Below are positions 1-13,200 of a stretch of 64,000 nt of DNA, in pieces. The translations under genes and the position numbers were made by a program. The DNA is from Lingula anatina (Eukaryota; Animalia; Brachiopoda), in the NCBI GenBank assembly GCA_051362555.1, contig CM120641.1, positions 22,506,001 to 22,570,000 on the forward strand, given 5' to 3'. Positions within the stretch are counted from its first letter, which is position 1. Each line of letters begins with the position of its first letter. The notes beneath the pieces were generated by a model, which was given only the letters and a program-made list of their open reading frames with translations, was not told where the DNA came from and did not search any database.

Positions 1-40
1 TGAATGATGTTATGGTAAGATTAAACTATGGAAATTCCAG

Positions 41-535
41 GTTTCGGCATGAAGATGTGTTTTGGCACCTACCGATTGTAGGTTCAAACCAGTTGTTCTA
101 AGTTTATGTAAGCAGAAAGGTTGGGCAACATTTAGAGCACTGTTCAAAGTAAAGGTGCACTGATATTGGTTGTTTACTGTGTTAAATATGCATCTTGTAG
201 TTTGATTATCTATTTTTCTACGTTTTCCACTTTTCTCGAAACCATTACTGGTGAGATTGGTTCGAGGATACTACAGAAAACAGTGGAATGTAATGACAAA
301 GGTTTTTATGTATTAAAAAGGAGTGTTTGGTTTTGAAATTTGTACTCTTTAGCTAAATTTAATACCATACTTAAATATCTTATTTAAGTCATATACTGAG
401 TACTGTCTTTAACAATCTAATGATACGATTGACTAATCTAATTTTTTTTCAATCTTCAATTTCATAATGTTTCTTTTAAATTCTTTCACACAGGGAGGCT
501 ACACATATGACGGACACGTGCCAGAGAACAACTAG
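41..535 (+). CDS. Last two coding exons (41-77, 494-535) of an unidentified gene entering from the left; C-terminus ...FRHEDVFWHLPI-GGYTYDGHVPENN*
   Basis: Acceptor ttccag|41, donor att|GTAGGT at 78, strong acceptor ttctttcacacag|494; phase-0 join reads through to TAG at 533-535, followed by a long AT-rich UTR-like region. Protein family not recognised. Confidence 0.5.
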
Positions 536-1884
536 GCATTATCATGGTGGAGATTGCCCAGCTGCAGCTCCCTTCATACTAATGAAATGTGATCACACCA
601 AATTGTTGGATAAAATAAGAGTCACAGGTGACTCCTTGCAAATAAATAAATATGCCATAGATAAACCTTCACCCTGCAACCTTGAAGTATAAAAGAGGAG
701 AAAATGTTTGTCAGTGTCACAAGAAAGGTTATATGCCATTACTCCAAGGACAAAACTCGTGAATGCCATATTAGATTGATGAGAAAAGTGGTTATATTGA
801 AAAGTATATTTTTTATAAGATTATGTGCCTGAATTATTATGGCAGTTTATATGATAATGTTGTGAACATATGGTTTCTGTTAAAAGTCAGTTGTAAATAC
901 GGATTGCATTCCTACTGACCCAGCTTTTTGTTTAACAGGGCAGCAATATATAGAAGAGTTCAAGAGGAAATATTTTCACAAGGCAGCAGTTGTGTATGCT
1001 TTTATTGCGCTTTAGAAAGTTGCCACGGGGAATTTGGAGGAGGGGGGAATGTTTTACTTTATTAATGAACTTGTGTTTAGAAACACTTCCATGCACATGC
1101 CCACACATGTACACACAGTTGATATGGTTATATAATAATGGTATGAATTTATACATGCAGTTATGGATGGTTTTTTGACCCAGTCTTGTCTATTTAAATA
1201 TTATTTTTGGCAGTCTTCAATAATCATAAGCACACAAGGCAACTGAATATGAAAACATATACAAATGTATTCACTTTTTGTTGAATGCAATGCATTGAGT
1301 TATCACTCTGCAGTAGTCTTTTTTGTTTTAGTTACATAGAATTCTTATATACCAAATGCTGTAGGAGGTGAACAAGTTTTTTAATCATATTCATTCCAAG
1401 TTGTATATGATGAGTTTTGTGCCTTATTGTTTATGACATGTTAGACAGTACGCTGTCATGATCAAGATAGAATATGCATTATTAGGTAGTCACAGTTTTA
1501 GGTCCCTCACATAATCCAGGAGGATGGACTGCACGTACACTTGTTCAGTACATGCAATAGAAAAACTGTAAATTTTTAGATCATATAACATATTGTACTG
1601 TTTAAGTTTAGGTAGACGGAATGTGTGAAATTAGCACAGTATTAAATACTGGGTACTAGTCACGGTAGTGAGCATGCATCTGCTACTTCCTTACAACTAT
1701 ATGCATGGCTGCACAAGGATTGAAATTCATCACAAATATTTTGCCAGTTGGTGCCTTTTACATGCGCATAGTTAATGGCTGTAATCTTCATTGAGATTCA
1801 TGGCACTTTTGTATATGCCAACTGGTTTGAAGAGCAGTTTAGATGTTCAGAAGAGATTTTATTGTAATGAGTTTGTAAATAGCA

Positions 1885-1890
1885 AATAAA
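1885..1890 (+). terminator. Probable polyadenylation signal of the left-hand gene
   Basis: AATAAA followed about 20 nt later by a T/GT-rich downstream element (tttacttttgttttttgtag). Confidence 0.45.
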
Positions 1891-3358
1891 GTAGTATTTG
1901 AAACTAGATTTACTTTTGTTTTTTGTAGTTATCTTGGCAAAATCTTGTTTAGGTCAGGTGGCATCCAGTCTACATAAACATTAATTTTTTTTCTTAATTT
2001 TATCAAATATAAATTAACAACTCCAGCTATAAATCAACATCTTTTACTAACAACATGATTTTTAATATCTCCTCTCAGTATTTTTTTAAATCTCAATACA
2101 ATAATTTGACCCCAAAAGGCTTTGTAATTTGAACTTTTGGCTCAACATGTGCTGACCGCTGTTGACCATCACAATTCAAGGACCAAATAGCAGAGAGAAT
2201 GGATTCTAGAAATCAAAACAGAGTGAAGACTGTAGTTGATAATTTTTTTGAAGCCTCACCATTGACCATGGCCCGAGTGGCTTCAATTCAGCATATTAAA
2301 TCAATGTTCACAAGAAGGGTGGCATAAAATCTAAAAAAAATATTCAGTCTTCTTATTTATGGCCATTATAAAACTGCCACTGGAATTACCAGCCTTGGCA
2401 CCTGACCAAACTGACAAGAAGAAATCCATCCAAACAAAAAGTCATGCCCTGAAAATTTGAATCATGAAACAGTTCCAAGCTGCCACAACCATTTTATTTT
2501 CCTACTGTCAATAAGACAAGTCTAAAAATCACCAACAGCAAAAACTGTATAGATATATAGACCATCTATCAGAACAGATCAATTTAAATCCTTTGGATGC
2601 CCAGAATTCTAAACTTCCTAAACTTCAAACTGTGATACCAACATAGTATGATAGTATGTACTTTTCATAACCAAGGTACTAACTTTAAGTAGTTTTATAC
2701 TTTGATAAACTTATAATTTTTAAAGTAATCTGAATGAATGAGTTTTTATAAAGTCTTCTGAGATCCTTTTCATTCTGTTCAATAATGATAGCTATATGCT
2801 TTTGTTTTGCAATGTCTAATTGCATATAAAAAGTATCTTGATTTGATTTTAACCTAAAAAGCATGTTTAGATATTTCTGACTGCATAAAAGATTTTGAAG
2901 TTAAAGGGATAACTAGTCTTCACATGACATTCATATTTCACAATAAATACCTTGTAAGCAACTTTTAGAAATATATATTAAGTTATATTTTACCACCAAA
3001 ATGGCAGTAATTGCAATTATTCTGGAATCTGTGCTTGCCATTGGACCATGATACCTCTACAGATGTCTACCCTTTGTAATTATTTCTTAAGAGATTATTA
3101 CAAAAAAACCACAATGAAGAAAAAGTATGGACTAACTTTGAACGTTGGAATGGATTTATTAACCATTGGTTGGTATGGGAAAATTGTCGTTTATCCCAGG
3201 AAAATCCGTTTTTTGGCCAAAATGAACAGTTGTTACCTCTTTAAAAATGAACACAAAAGATGAATTATTTAAACCTAACAACCACCCTATCGTCTTACTT
3301 CTCCAACAAAAAAATATGATCTACGGAGACAGATAAAACATCAAATGTTTTTCTTCCA

Positions 3359-3620
3359 GGGTCCAATTTCACAAAAGAACTTTGGCTTTTAAGTAAACTC
3401 TAAGTAAACTCTAAGATCAAAAGATTAGTCTATTCAGTTTGAGATAAATTCTCAGCAGTCCACTTGGATAAAATAAAGATTGAGTTGCTCTAAAGTATTA
3501 GCTAGCACAATAATTTGTTTAAATTGTTTACTTCTAGTTTCTCTTGGTAAAATTGACTAATTTTTGGGTCTTAAAATTTAGACCTGTTTTCAGGCTAAAG
3601 TTTTTCTATAAAACATAGAC
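3359..3620. mobile_element. Degenerate palindromic MITE-like element
   Basis: Left arm gggtccaatttcacaaaagaactttggc...taaactctaagatcaaaagattagtc matches the reverse complement of the right arm gactaatttttgggtcttaaaattta...gctaaagtttttctataaaacatagac. Confidence 0.5.
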
Positions 3621-4794
3621 TTGGGTCTTCGGCACTGGTTTGAAAACTATTATATACACAGCACGTAGATCAACATATTCAGTTATTCTAGTCTACATTA
3701 CTGTGTGAACACCAACCCCAGGACAATAACCTCTCTATATCCCAGATGTATGTCATACCTGTGACCCAATGTTGTACTGTTCACATCACCTGTGCCTATC
3801 CAAGTTATTAGCGAAACCTGTGCCACATCACTGTCAGCTGACATAGTTTGGGTTTCATGTGTGCAGCACACTGCTTACCATTATAGAGCATTACGTTCCA
3901 GTTTTTTCTGGTATGTAACTAAGAATTTTATCATTGTTGTCCACAGAAAAGATGATTTTTTAGCATTAAATTAATTTGTTTTTAATCTAAGCATTTAATA
4001 AAAAAGTTCACAGTCAAAAGCCTTTGCCTTCAATAGGTCTTGTGTGGGCAAATTTGTTTGAGATGATATACCTTTATGCGTTCAGTCAACCTGGTTGCAA
4101 ATAAAGCTGGACTGAATTTCAGTCTTATGCATGCTGAATAATACACAGTTGACTTCTTACCTTTATATATATATGCCCACTGATTACACCTCTGATATAT
4201 ATAATTTGCTGTTAATTGGTTATAAAAATGGTTAGAGGTAAAGGAGGCACTGTAAAACACAATATTAAAACAAATACTGATAGTATTTCTAAAACCTCTC
4301 CATGCAAAATTTTAATGAAAATCACAACTACAATTTGTAATCTCTATAAGATATGCAATTTCATAGATCAATTTCAAATTTTTGGGTTGGCTTGTCGGAA
4401 ATTCTTTGCAATCATTCTCCCGGCCCAAAGAATTTTCTTTTTGTTCAATCTCATATTTCAACTTTCCTTCCATCAGAACTGAGTTTTCATTTTCTTTTTC
4501 ACATGGCACATTTTAGCCTTACAATATCTTTAAACAAATGGCTTTCTGCAAAGTTTTACAAATAATAATAACAATAATGACATCTAATAACAATAACAAT
4601 GAAACCCATATTAAAATATACATTAAAAAGAACATTAATCAAAAATGAACAAATCAGCACAAAGAAAAAAAACTTATTATTTGATTAAAAGATGCACCAT
4701 AAAACAGATTTGGTAGCAGTTTCATAACATCTTCAATAACAACATACTCAGACACAGTTTGGTCAGATTTGACATTTGATTACTGAAATAACGC

Positions 4795-4868
4795 ATGGCT
4801 GGATAGGAAAAATGTGAATCCTCATGCAAGGATGGCTGGATAGGAAAAATGTGAATCCTCATGCAAGG
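4795..4868. repeat. Perfect 37-bp tandem duplication
   Basis: atggctggataggaaaaatgtgaatcctcatgcaagg x2, starting at 4795 and 4832. Confidence 0.95.
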
Positions 4869-7216
4869 AAGGCATATGTAGAGTTAAGTCAAAATACTGT
4901 GCTTTTGCCAGGGAGGACATTGAAAAGTCAGACAGAGACCACAGGTGCATTTTATTCAATATTGGCACACACCTTAATAAACATAACAAGCACACGACCC
5001 TTCGGTAAATGTCATGTCATGCATGAGACAAGCTCATTGTATGAATGTACAATGAACCTGTGTAATAAAACAATCCAGTTGGAGCCAGCTTTACTGCTTA
5101 AGGCCTCTCTTATCAGAGATTAAAACAACAGGAATTTGTTTTTTAACTGCATTTAATAATTACAAAGATGCGAAGAAACATTTAACTAGCCGGAGTATAC
5201 CAGGGGTTAGATTACATCGTGGCACTGGGTCAACATGACATTGTTATTTACAATACTAAAATGACAAACAAAAGAAGGATACACATTAGGAACAATAATG
5301 CTGACAATTGATAACCTGTAAGGGTACGCAAATAGTGGATGTAAAGCCACTATTATCAAAATTATTATCATTCACTTGTGTTTATGATAAAAAATAAATG
5401 ACAAAAAAACATGCACGCACAGGCAAACACAATAGACTCATTTCTTTTCTCATGCACATATGGGTTATTGCATCATTCCTCAAAACATTCTTTTGAATGG
5501 TAAGAGCACTGGGCACTGGGTCAAAGCATTAAATAGAGGGCATACGTTTGGGATATAGTCATAAACAATATAGCAAGGAATAACACAGCAGCAAAACCGT
5601 GACATATGTACAGACAAAAGGCGGAAAATAAAGAGGCCAAAAAAACAGGTCAATTTATCAATTTTGATGCAATGATAAATAATGTATCATAGAAGTGATT
5701 TCATGGCCACATTTAATTTTAGAAAATTGCTATTTTAGATCAAGTTATATGTCAAAGTATAGTATAATTGTATTAGATGTCTCAAAATTATATCTGAATA
5801 CATATGTACATTAATTACACTATTATGGAAACTTCCTATTAAATCAAGTCATACATGTATTTCAGAGTATAATTAATGTATTTAGATGTCCAAGTTAAAA
5901 TTACATTAACTGAATATGTAAATGAACTGTAATCATGTTCTTTCTACAGGATGTTTTTAGTTTTAAAAGGATTGAGCAACTTTAGTCATGGCTTCACATC
6001 CTAATTTAAGTTAAATCAGTCAACTGTTAGGGGTGAATCAGGTTACTGATGACTGTATCTCAGTTGGCTTCAATATTTCCGACTTGCTTTAGGAATCACT
6101 GTTATGGATTTATATCAGCTACTGATTTTTGAGGAAACAAATGAGGACTTTATGCTCTGTTTTATGGTAATTTAGGCTTTTGGAACTTTAGAGTCACTTC
6201 CTATTCTGTGTTAATACAATGGGTGTTAATCCATTGCTCTAATTCGCAACCTTGTTTTGGGAAAATGCACTTTACATGAGATGAATAACTCCTTTAAATT
6301 TTTTAATCTAATAGGGAAAATAATTGATTCATATTTTGTAATGCATTGTTGTCCTCTTCAACCATAAAAGGTGGGGAAAGGGGGGATGGAGTTTTTGCTC
6401 TATTTCATCTTAAATGTTGACAAAAGCACAGTCCCATACCTAATGTTAACTACAAATGACCAAACACACCTACTTGTCACTATAAAGATCCTAAATAACG
6501 TTTCATTTTTCTCCAAAATTGAAAAAACTGCCATATCCGGCCCTATAAAAATCACCCAAAATTGACAATTTTCAGATTTATGCAAAATGTGATCAAAATC
6601 AATCTGCCACACCTGTCATTCACAAGGAATGTCTTTACTCACCTTTATCTCATCACTGATGCCTCAAATTCCATCTTTATATGGATTCAAAAAGCTCCAC
6701 AGGAGCAGGGGGGCTAGATAATTTTTTTAAAAATTCATGTGAATTGTTAACAAAACCATTACTGTACATATTGAAACAACCCACAGCTGGTAAGGTATAA
6801 CTTTTTATAATAAAACACTAATTCTTTTGCACCAAGTACAAAATCAAACATGCATATTCCAAGATAAAAAAAATTCTTTCATGAAGCACCATCATTTCTT
6901 TTGAAATCCACAAACATTTATTGCACATTTCTATTGTAACATACAGCTGACAGTTTGTAATACTTTGATTGAATATCAGAGCACCAAGTGTCATTTCAAA
7001 CTTAAACATGTAGACACATCCCTTATAATAAGACATCAATTTGGTTGAGTACTCAAATTGAAAGTATCTGGAAACATATTCCAGTTTGATGTTCATCTGT
7101 TCATTCTTTATAAATTCTAACAACTGGCCATTTAAATCTAGTTGCTGAAACACCCTTGGATCACTCTAAGACAATATTCAGTTTATGAAATAAATATAAG
7201 TTATATGTGTTATAAT

Positions 7217-10200
7217 CTACATGGTATAGTCCATCTCATCCAGGGTGAGCAGGGCATCCGCACTATATGTGCCAGTCTTCTGCTGCAGCATTCTGATTTG
7301 AACTTTGACCTCCAAGCAGATCTGTCTTTCTTCATGTACTTTTTGACACATTTCTTTATTTCTCATCTAAAAATGACAGAAGGTAATAATAATCAGGAAC
7401 TGAGTTCAATCAAACAATCAGTTTGAACAGGTTAAAACAAAAAATAGACTAAACAAATAAGTAAATAAATAAACAAATATTGCACTGATAATTAACCATT
7501 TCTAAATTTATTACTTGATTAATCATCACCAAAATCTAATCATTTCTTCCTTGGGCCATTTATGACCTATCGTAAATATTTCATCAAAATGAATCCATTT
7601 CTTTTTGCATAATGCTGTACACAAACAAACAAATGGTAATGAAAACAGAGGTAATAACTGGGTTTTGGATTAAAATGATTAAATCATTTTGTTATCAAAC
7701 CACAAACCTTGAGATGATCATTCTCCTGTATTAGCTGTTGTAACATCTCCTGGAGCTCCTCCTCATCCTCGCTGTCCGAGGAGCTGCTGTCGCTATCAGA
7801 ACTGTAGTCATTGGTCTCTGCGGAGTCCTGTCGTAACTCTTCCAGCTCCTCGATCTCCTGCTGGAGACGCTCTATCTCTATCTGCTCTGTCTCAATCTTC
7901 TTCCTCAACTCATCACCTAAATTAAAAAAATTTTCCTTTGAATCTGAATGAAAGGTCTAACATGTTAAATCTGTTTTACACTGCTACTACTACTAAAAAA
8001 AAGACCACAATAAATCCTTGTATTCAGTAACAAAAAAATTAACCATGTCAGAGTGATAAAAAAAATTTACCACAGCACAATTTTCAATAATATTGATAAC
8101 ACTATAAGTAGTTTCAGAAAGTAATTTTTTTTATTTCCAAAAAAGATTTTACCTATTGCCAACAGTTCCTCTTCTTCCAACTGAAGAGCTCTTTCCTCTT
8201 CAAGTAGTTCTCTAATATCATCAGAAGCAGCTGAAATGAAAATTTAAAGCAAAACTTCATTGCTCTGATTTTCTTTTCAATTTTTTTTTTGTCATGTGCC
8301 CCTTTTAACGCAGAAATTAAGTTTAAAAGTTGGTTTAAATTTACAGCTTCAAATTTAGTCTACTTCACTTCAAGAAAAACTTTTAGTGATTGATCTAGAT
8401 AAAATAAGTATTGGTCTGGTACATAAACAATCTCTTTCTTGTTATAAAAAAGATACAATACTATAATATAACATATTCAACGAAATAGTTTTCTATATAT
8501 TTCTATATGGCATCTACCAAGACTATTAATAACTCATCTTAAAATATTACAGCAGTTCATGCCATGTGCATGAAGTAGACTGGTAGAATATATTGAGCAG
8601 TTGTATTGTACTAAGAGCACATTCAGAACAGTGGACTAACAGATCCGAGGATCAAATATGGGTAAAACAATTAAAAGTGTCAGTTAGTTTATCAAGAGAA
8701 ATCTGGATGAGTGAGATATGTGTTTTACCCACCTCTTATTGGAGATGCATTTTGATTAAATGCAGGCATTTATAATTTTTCTCAATATGATAATTATTAC
8801 AGGCAGGGGTATTGTCCGGATAGCCCTACCCATACATATACCTTCAAATTCTGCAAGGTAAGCAGACTGTGCTGTGATCCCAGAACTAGACCCTTCCACA
8901 TGGAGGATGAGGTCTTCTTCTTCAGGCTCCAGTGCTGCCCTCTTGTGGATTTCTTTGGAATGATCCTTTTGGTCATGGAGAATAACAGGCTGCAGTAATG
9001 GCATGGCTGGTTTCGCTGCTGGTCCACCTTGTTTTTGTTTGTCTGTTTTGTCCTCAGGGGCTGGCACTGGTTTGGTGACCTCCACTGTCTTTTTGGCAAC
9101 AACTGGTGCCGTTTTTGTTTCCTTGGCCACATCCTTTTCAGATGGCACTTCTTGCACAGTTTTTATACTAACCTTTTTAACCACTTTGGTTTCAGTCTTT
9201 AAAGCACTTCCTTTTTCTTGAATTTGCTTTGGTTCATTGCCATGAGTGATGTCCTTGGGAGCAACTACAGCCATCTGTGCTGGAGTAGTCTCACTAAAGG
9301 CAGCATTGTCCATGCCATGTATCTGTTCCAGCTCCACTTCAGATTCCGTCTTCTCCTCAGCATCAGGTGTGGAATCCATATCTTCCTTACTGACCTGTTC
9401 AGGAATGTCTGCCATCTGTTCTTTTTCAGTGGACACCACTTCTGAAGCAATAATATATACGAGGGAAAGATATTTGCATTTACTGACCAATAAGATTAGG
9501 TCTTCTATCATGCTCTGAGTAAATTTTTTAAAAAATGTATACTTTCAAATTAAAGAAAGGCCATCATTAACCCAATACCTCACTAATACCTGATATAACA
9601 TGGGAAAGCAATTTAAGATGTGTTAAACATTATCTTTTACAACAGTTCCACAAATGTCTCTTCCAACAACACAGGTAGTCACAATCTAAAGGTCACTCAA
9701 AAAGGCTGCATGGTAAATGAACCTTACCTTTTACTTCCAAAGCTATCTCAGATTTCTGCAATTCCACTGACTCTTCTTCTTCTTCAGTATTATCCTGTGC
9801 AGTTTTCTGTTCACTGGGAGGTGTTTCTCCATGAGCTGCTGCTTCATCTTCTTCCACCTCAGGTACTTTTACCTCTTCCTTGGTTTCTGAGGGCTGTGGC
9901 ATCTCCTTTAGTTCCTTTGCTTCAAGTTGAGGTCCCCTTTCCTGGGATTTTGGCACCTCCATTTTGGATTCCTGGAGAACCTCCATAGTCTTTGGTATTG
10001 ATTCTGCTGACAATTTAACTTCCTTTTTCAGTTCTGCATCATTTTCTGCTTCTTTCACTTCCTGTCCTTTAGTAGGAACCTGTTGCATAAAAATAAAACA
10101 GCTTATTTCATCTTTTCTAACTGAATACAGTCCACTTACTGTAACTGAACTTATCCCTAATGGTTCATAAGCATATTGAGCACCATCATATTATACTTAC

Positions 10201-13200
10201 TATAGACAATTTAACTTAAGTCTGAAACGGTTAAATTAAAAGTTTAAATAAAATATTGGCCTTCAAGGCCAATTCTGGTCTGAAGTTCATATAATAGGCG
10301 AAACATGCCCCTGGTTTCCCTATAGTCTTTACCTTGTCTTCAGGTTCTTCAGCAACAGGCACAGGGGCTGGTTTCTGCAGGTCCAGTTTCAGTTCAATAT
10401 CCCCTGAGTCTGTTCTCTGGTGTGACTGAGGGGGCTGAGGGGCCTTGTGTTTCACATGGGAAGCTTTCTGCTGCTGTTGTTGTTGTTGTTGTTGTTGTGA
10501 CACTCGCTCCTTGGTCTCCTTGGATGCAGCAATAGCCTCTGTGGCTTTGAGAGCATGCTTGAGCTGTGAGATAAGAAATCATCTTACGATAATCTTATTA
10601 TCATACCTTAAAACAATATGTATAGCTCAAATGGTTAGTTATTTTCTTCCTATGGTTAGCTAATTAGAGTACCTGCTGAGATGAGCCATACAGAATCAAA
10701 TTAACACGACTCGACTGTCAACAGGCATATATAGCATGCTGAGCAGATTTCTTCTTTTAACAAATCAGTTATTATCTTTTTATGTTCATGTAGCACTGAT
10801 GGTTTACATGGTTGTAAAGGAATCAACTCACTTTCCTCTTCAGCTGGGTGACCACTCGCTGTACTTCCCAGAGCTGTTCCTCCTTGCCTGGATCACTCTT
10901 TTTCTTCAGATCTTTGTGCAGCTGTTCCAGTACAGACTCCTGTTTACGAAGCTCATCCTCTATCTGACCTGGGTCGTCCGGGAGCTCCAGAGACCAGCGG
11001 GAAGTTGCTGGCTTCAGTGGGGGGACATGTCTAGAAAGATGGGCAAGAATATGAGGCATATTTTAAATGAGGTGAGTTTTGGAATTTCAAAAAATACTAT
11101 GGAATTTTCAGAAAATTTGAAAATGAAATAGCAGAGTTGCTTGTTTTGATGCTGAGTTCATAACATTAACACTAATTAAACTGTTCTTGAATCAAACAAG
11201 TATGTTCGGACATGTCACAATGCATCATATTGAATGAAAACTTTGGAAAAATTGCTGGTGTTTACAAACAGGATACAACAAACAAAATGCTCACTTCTTA
11301 ATGACCACATCTCTGAATAGTTCCTTCCAGTGCAAAAACAACACATTGAGAACTCTGTGGCTGATCTTCATGGTGGGACTGAGAACTATGGACACGTTCT
11401 GCAGAGTCATTTTGTTGTCTTTTTCCTGCAATACAACAACAGATATGTTAGTCTCCTTTCTTTTTTGTTGTCATTAACTAGATAAAGTTTTACATTTTTA
11501 GTCAAAATTTCATTTTACAAATATTAAAAATAAGAATCACACTTTTATTTGGAAGCAATTTAGAATTCTTGATCTACATCTTGCTATGGGCACCTCTTCA
11601 AAATAAGGGGGAAATAGGCTTATTGTATTGTTGTTATTGTAATACAATCTGAAGTAAGAGCTCTCTATATGAGAAGTGCCTTACCCTCTGTATGACATGA
11701 GTCATGTGGACCATCATCCAGGACAACAGGAGTCGATTGCACTCTGGAAGTTCACTTATCAACTTCTTCAACCTTTCCACTTGCTGTTTGGGCTGCTTTA
11801 TCACTAAAACAATCACAACACAACCATACACCAACATGGCCATGAGATGCATTACAGTTTTAAGTGAGGAGAGCAAAAATTGGAAATGTAACAATCTGCA
11901 GATTTTTTAAATCAAATTTTCTAAGTCAACTATGAATTTAACAGGTACTTGCTGACATATACAGGTTAGGTGTGCCGTATATCATCTTCAAGGAATATTA
12001 GTGGAAAAGTAAATGTAAATTAAGCAAAGATGCCTTAAACACAAACAATGAGTATCTTTGTACGGTATATTCAAATTATCTGGAAATAACTAAGTAAATT
12101 CTCACTGGAGGCCTCCTCAAACTTTGGCATATCTGCCGTAGTCAGAACTGGGTCTGGAAGCTCCCTCAGAAACTGTTTCAGCAAACTGGCAACAACATTT
12201 GGCTCATGTTCATGGAGGTAACTTGGCAGACCCTTGTTGTAGTTGTCCTTGAGGTGTTGGATCTTGGACTTCACCCCAGATATCCTGTAGATGCCCTCAC
12301 AAGAAAGTCCTGTAGGAATGTAATGCAGAATTGTATTTTCTCTCCTCAACTACAGACATTTTTCAGCATATTTGATGAAAAAACAAGCAAACATAGTTGT
12401 TTCCCAAATATTTTATGTTCCAATGTAAGTAATCAGCATTAGTAAAATAACAATAATACTGAATAATTTGGTTTCTTTTCACAAGCCTTGGGTGAATTTT
12501 TATTTGTTTTCTGTGGTTACCATGTTCCTCAATGTAGTCTATACATTCTCTGAATATCACTGGCAGCTGGATGCCATCATGGGACTTGTTCCTCTCACAT
12601 GCTACTTGAAGTGGGACTCCAAACACTGGCTTCAAGTCAGCTACAATGAAGAAATGTGCATAAGCCACGAAAAACCAAGGTTAGAGGGAGATTTTAACAA
12701 AATATAAAAAAAAACATATAAAGCCATGACTTATTCCTCAGTGAGACTTGATTGACATGAAAATACATTAGCCCCTTAATAAAATATTGCAACAAAAACC
12801 CTGCCAGCATTTAAATACATTAGAGCTAAATCACCTTCAGTTGTCTCCACAGCCTTTGGCTTTTTCCACAGTTCTAATTTCTTCAATTTTTTCTGTTCTT
12901 CTCTTTTCTTTTCCTTGTCCCTATCTTTATCCTTGAATAAATTACGAATGAAGAACATTTTACTTTCACTGCTAATCCTGCACCACTTTTGAGTCAGTTT
13001 AATGGTAAATTGCAGTCTTGGCAAATGATACAGACTAGAGGAAGTCTACTCCAAGCCCACAAAGTAGTATTGATTACCTGGACCTTCATACAATAGTAAG
13101 ATAGCAAGAACCCTGTGACAAAATCAATGCCATCTATCCTGTGAAACTGAACTGGGGGCTCTTAATGCCTAGGTAACATTATTAAACTATCAGCTTACTA

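Noticed and set aside
507-7153. Short ORFs of 60-111 aa in the ORF track
   Set aside because: AT-rich UTR or intergenic sequence with no recognisable domains and no supporting splice structure.
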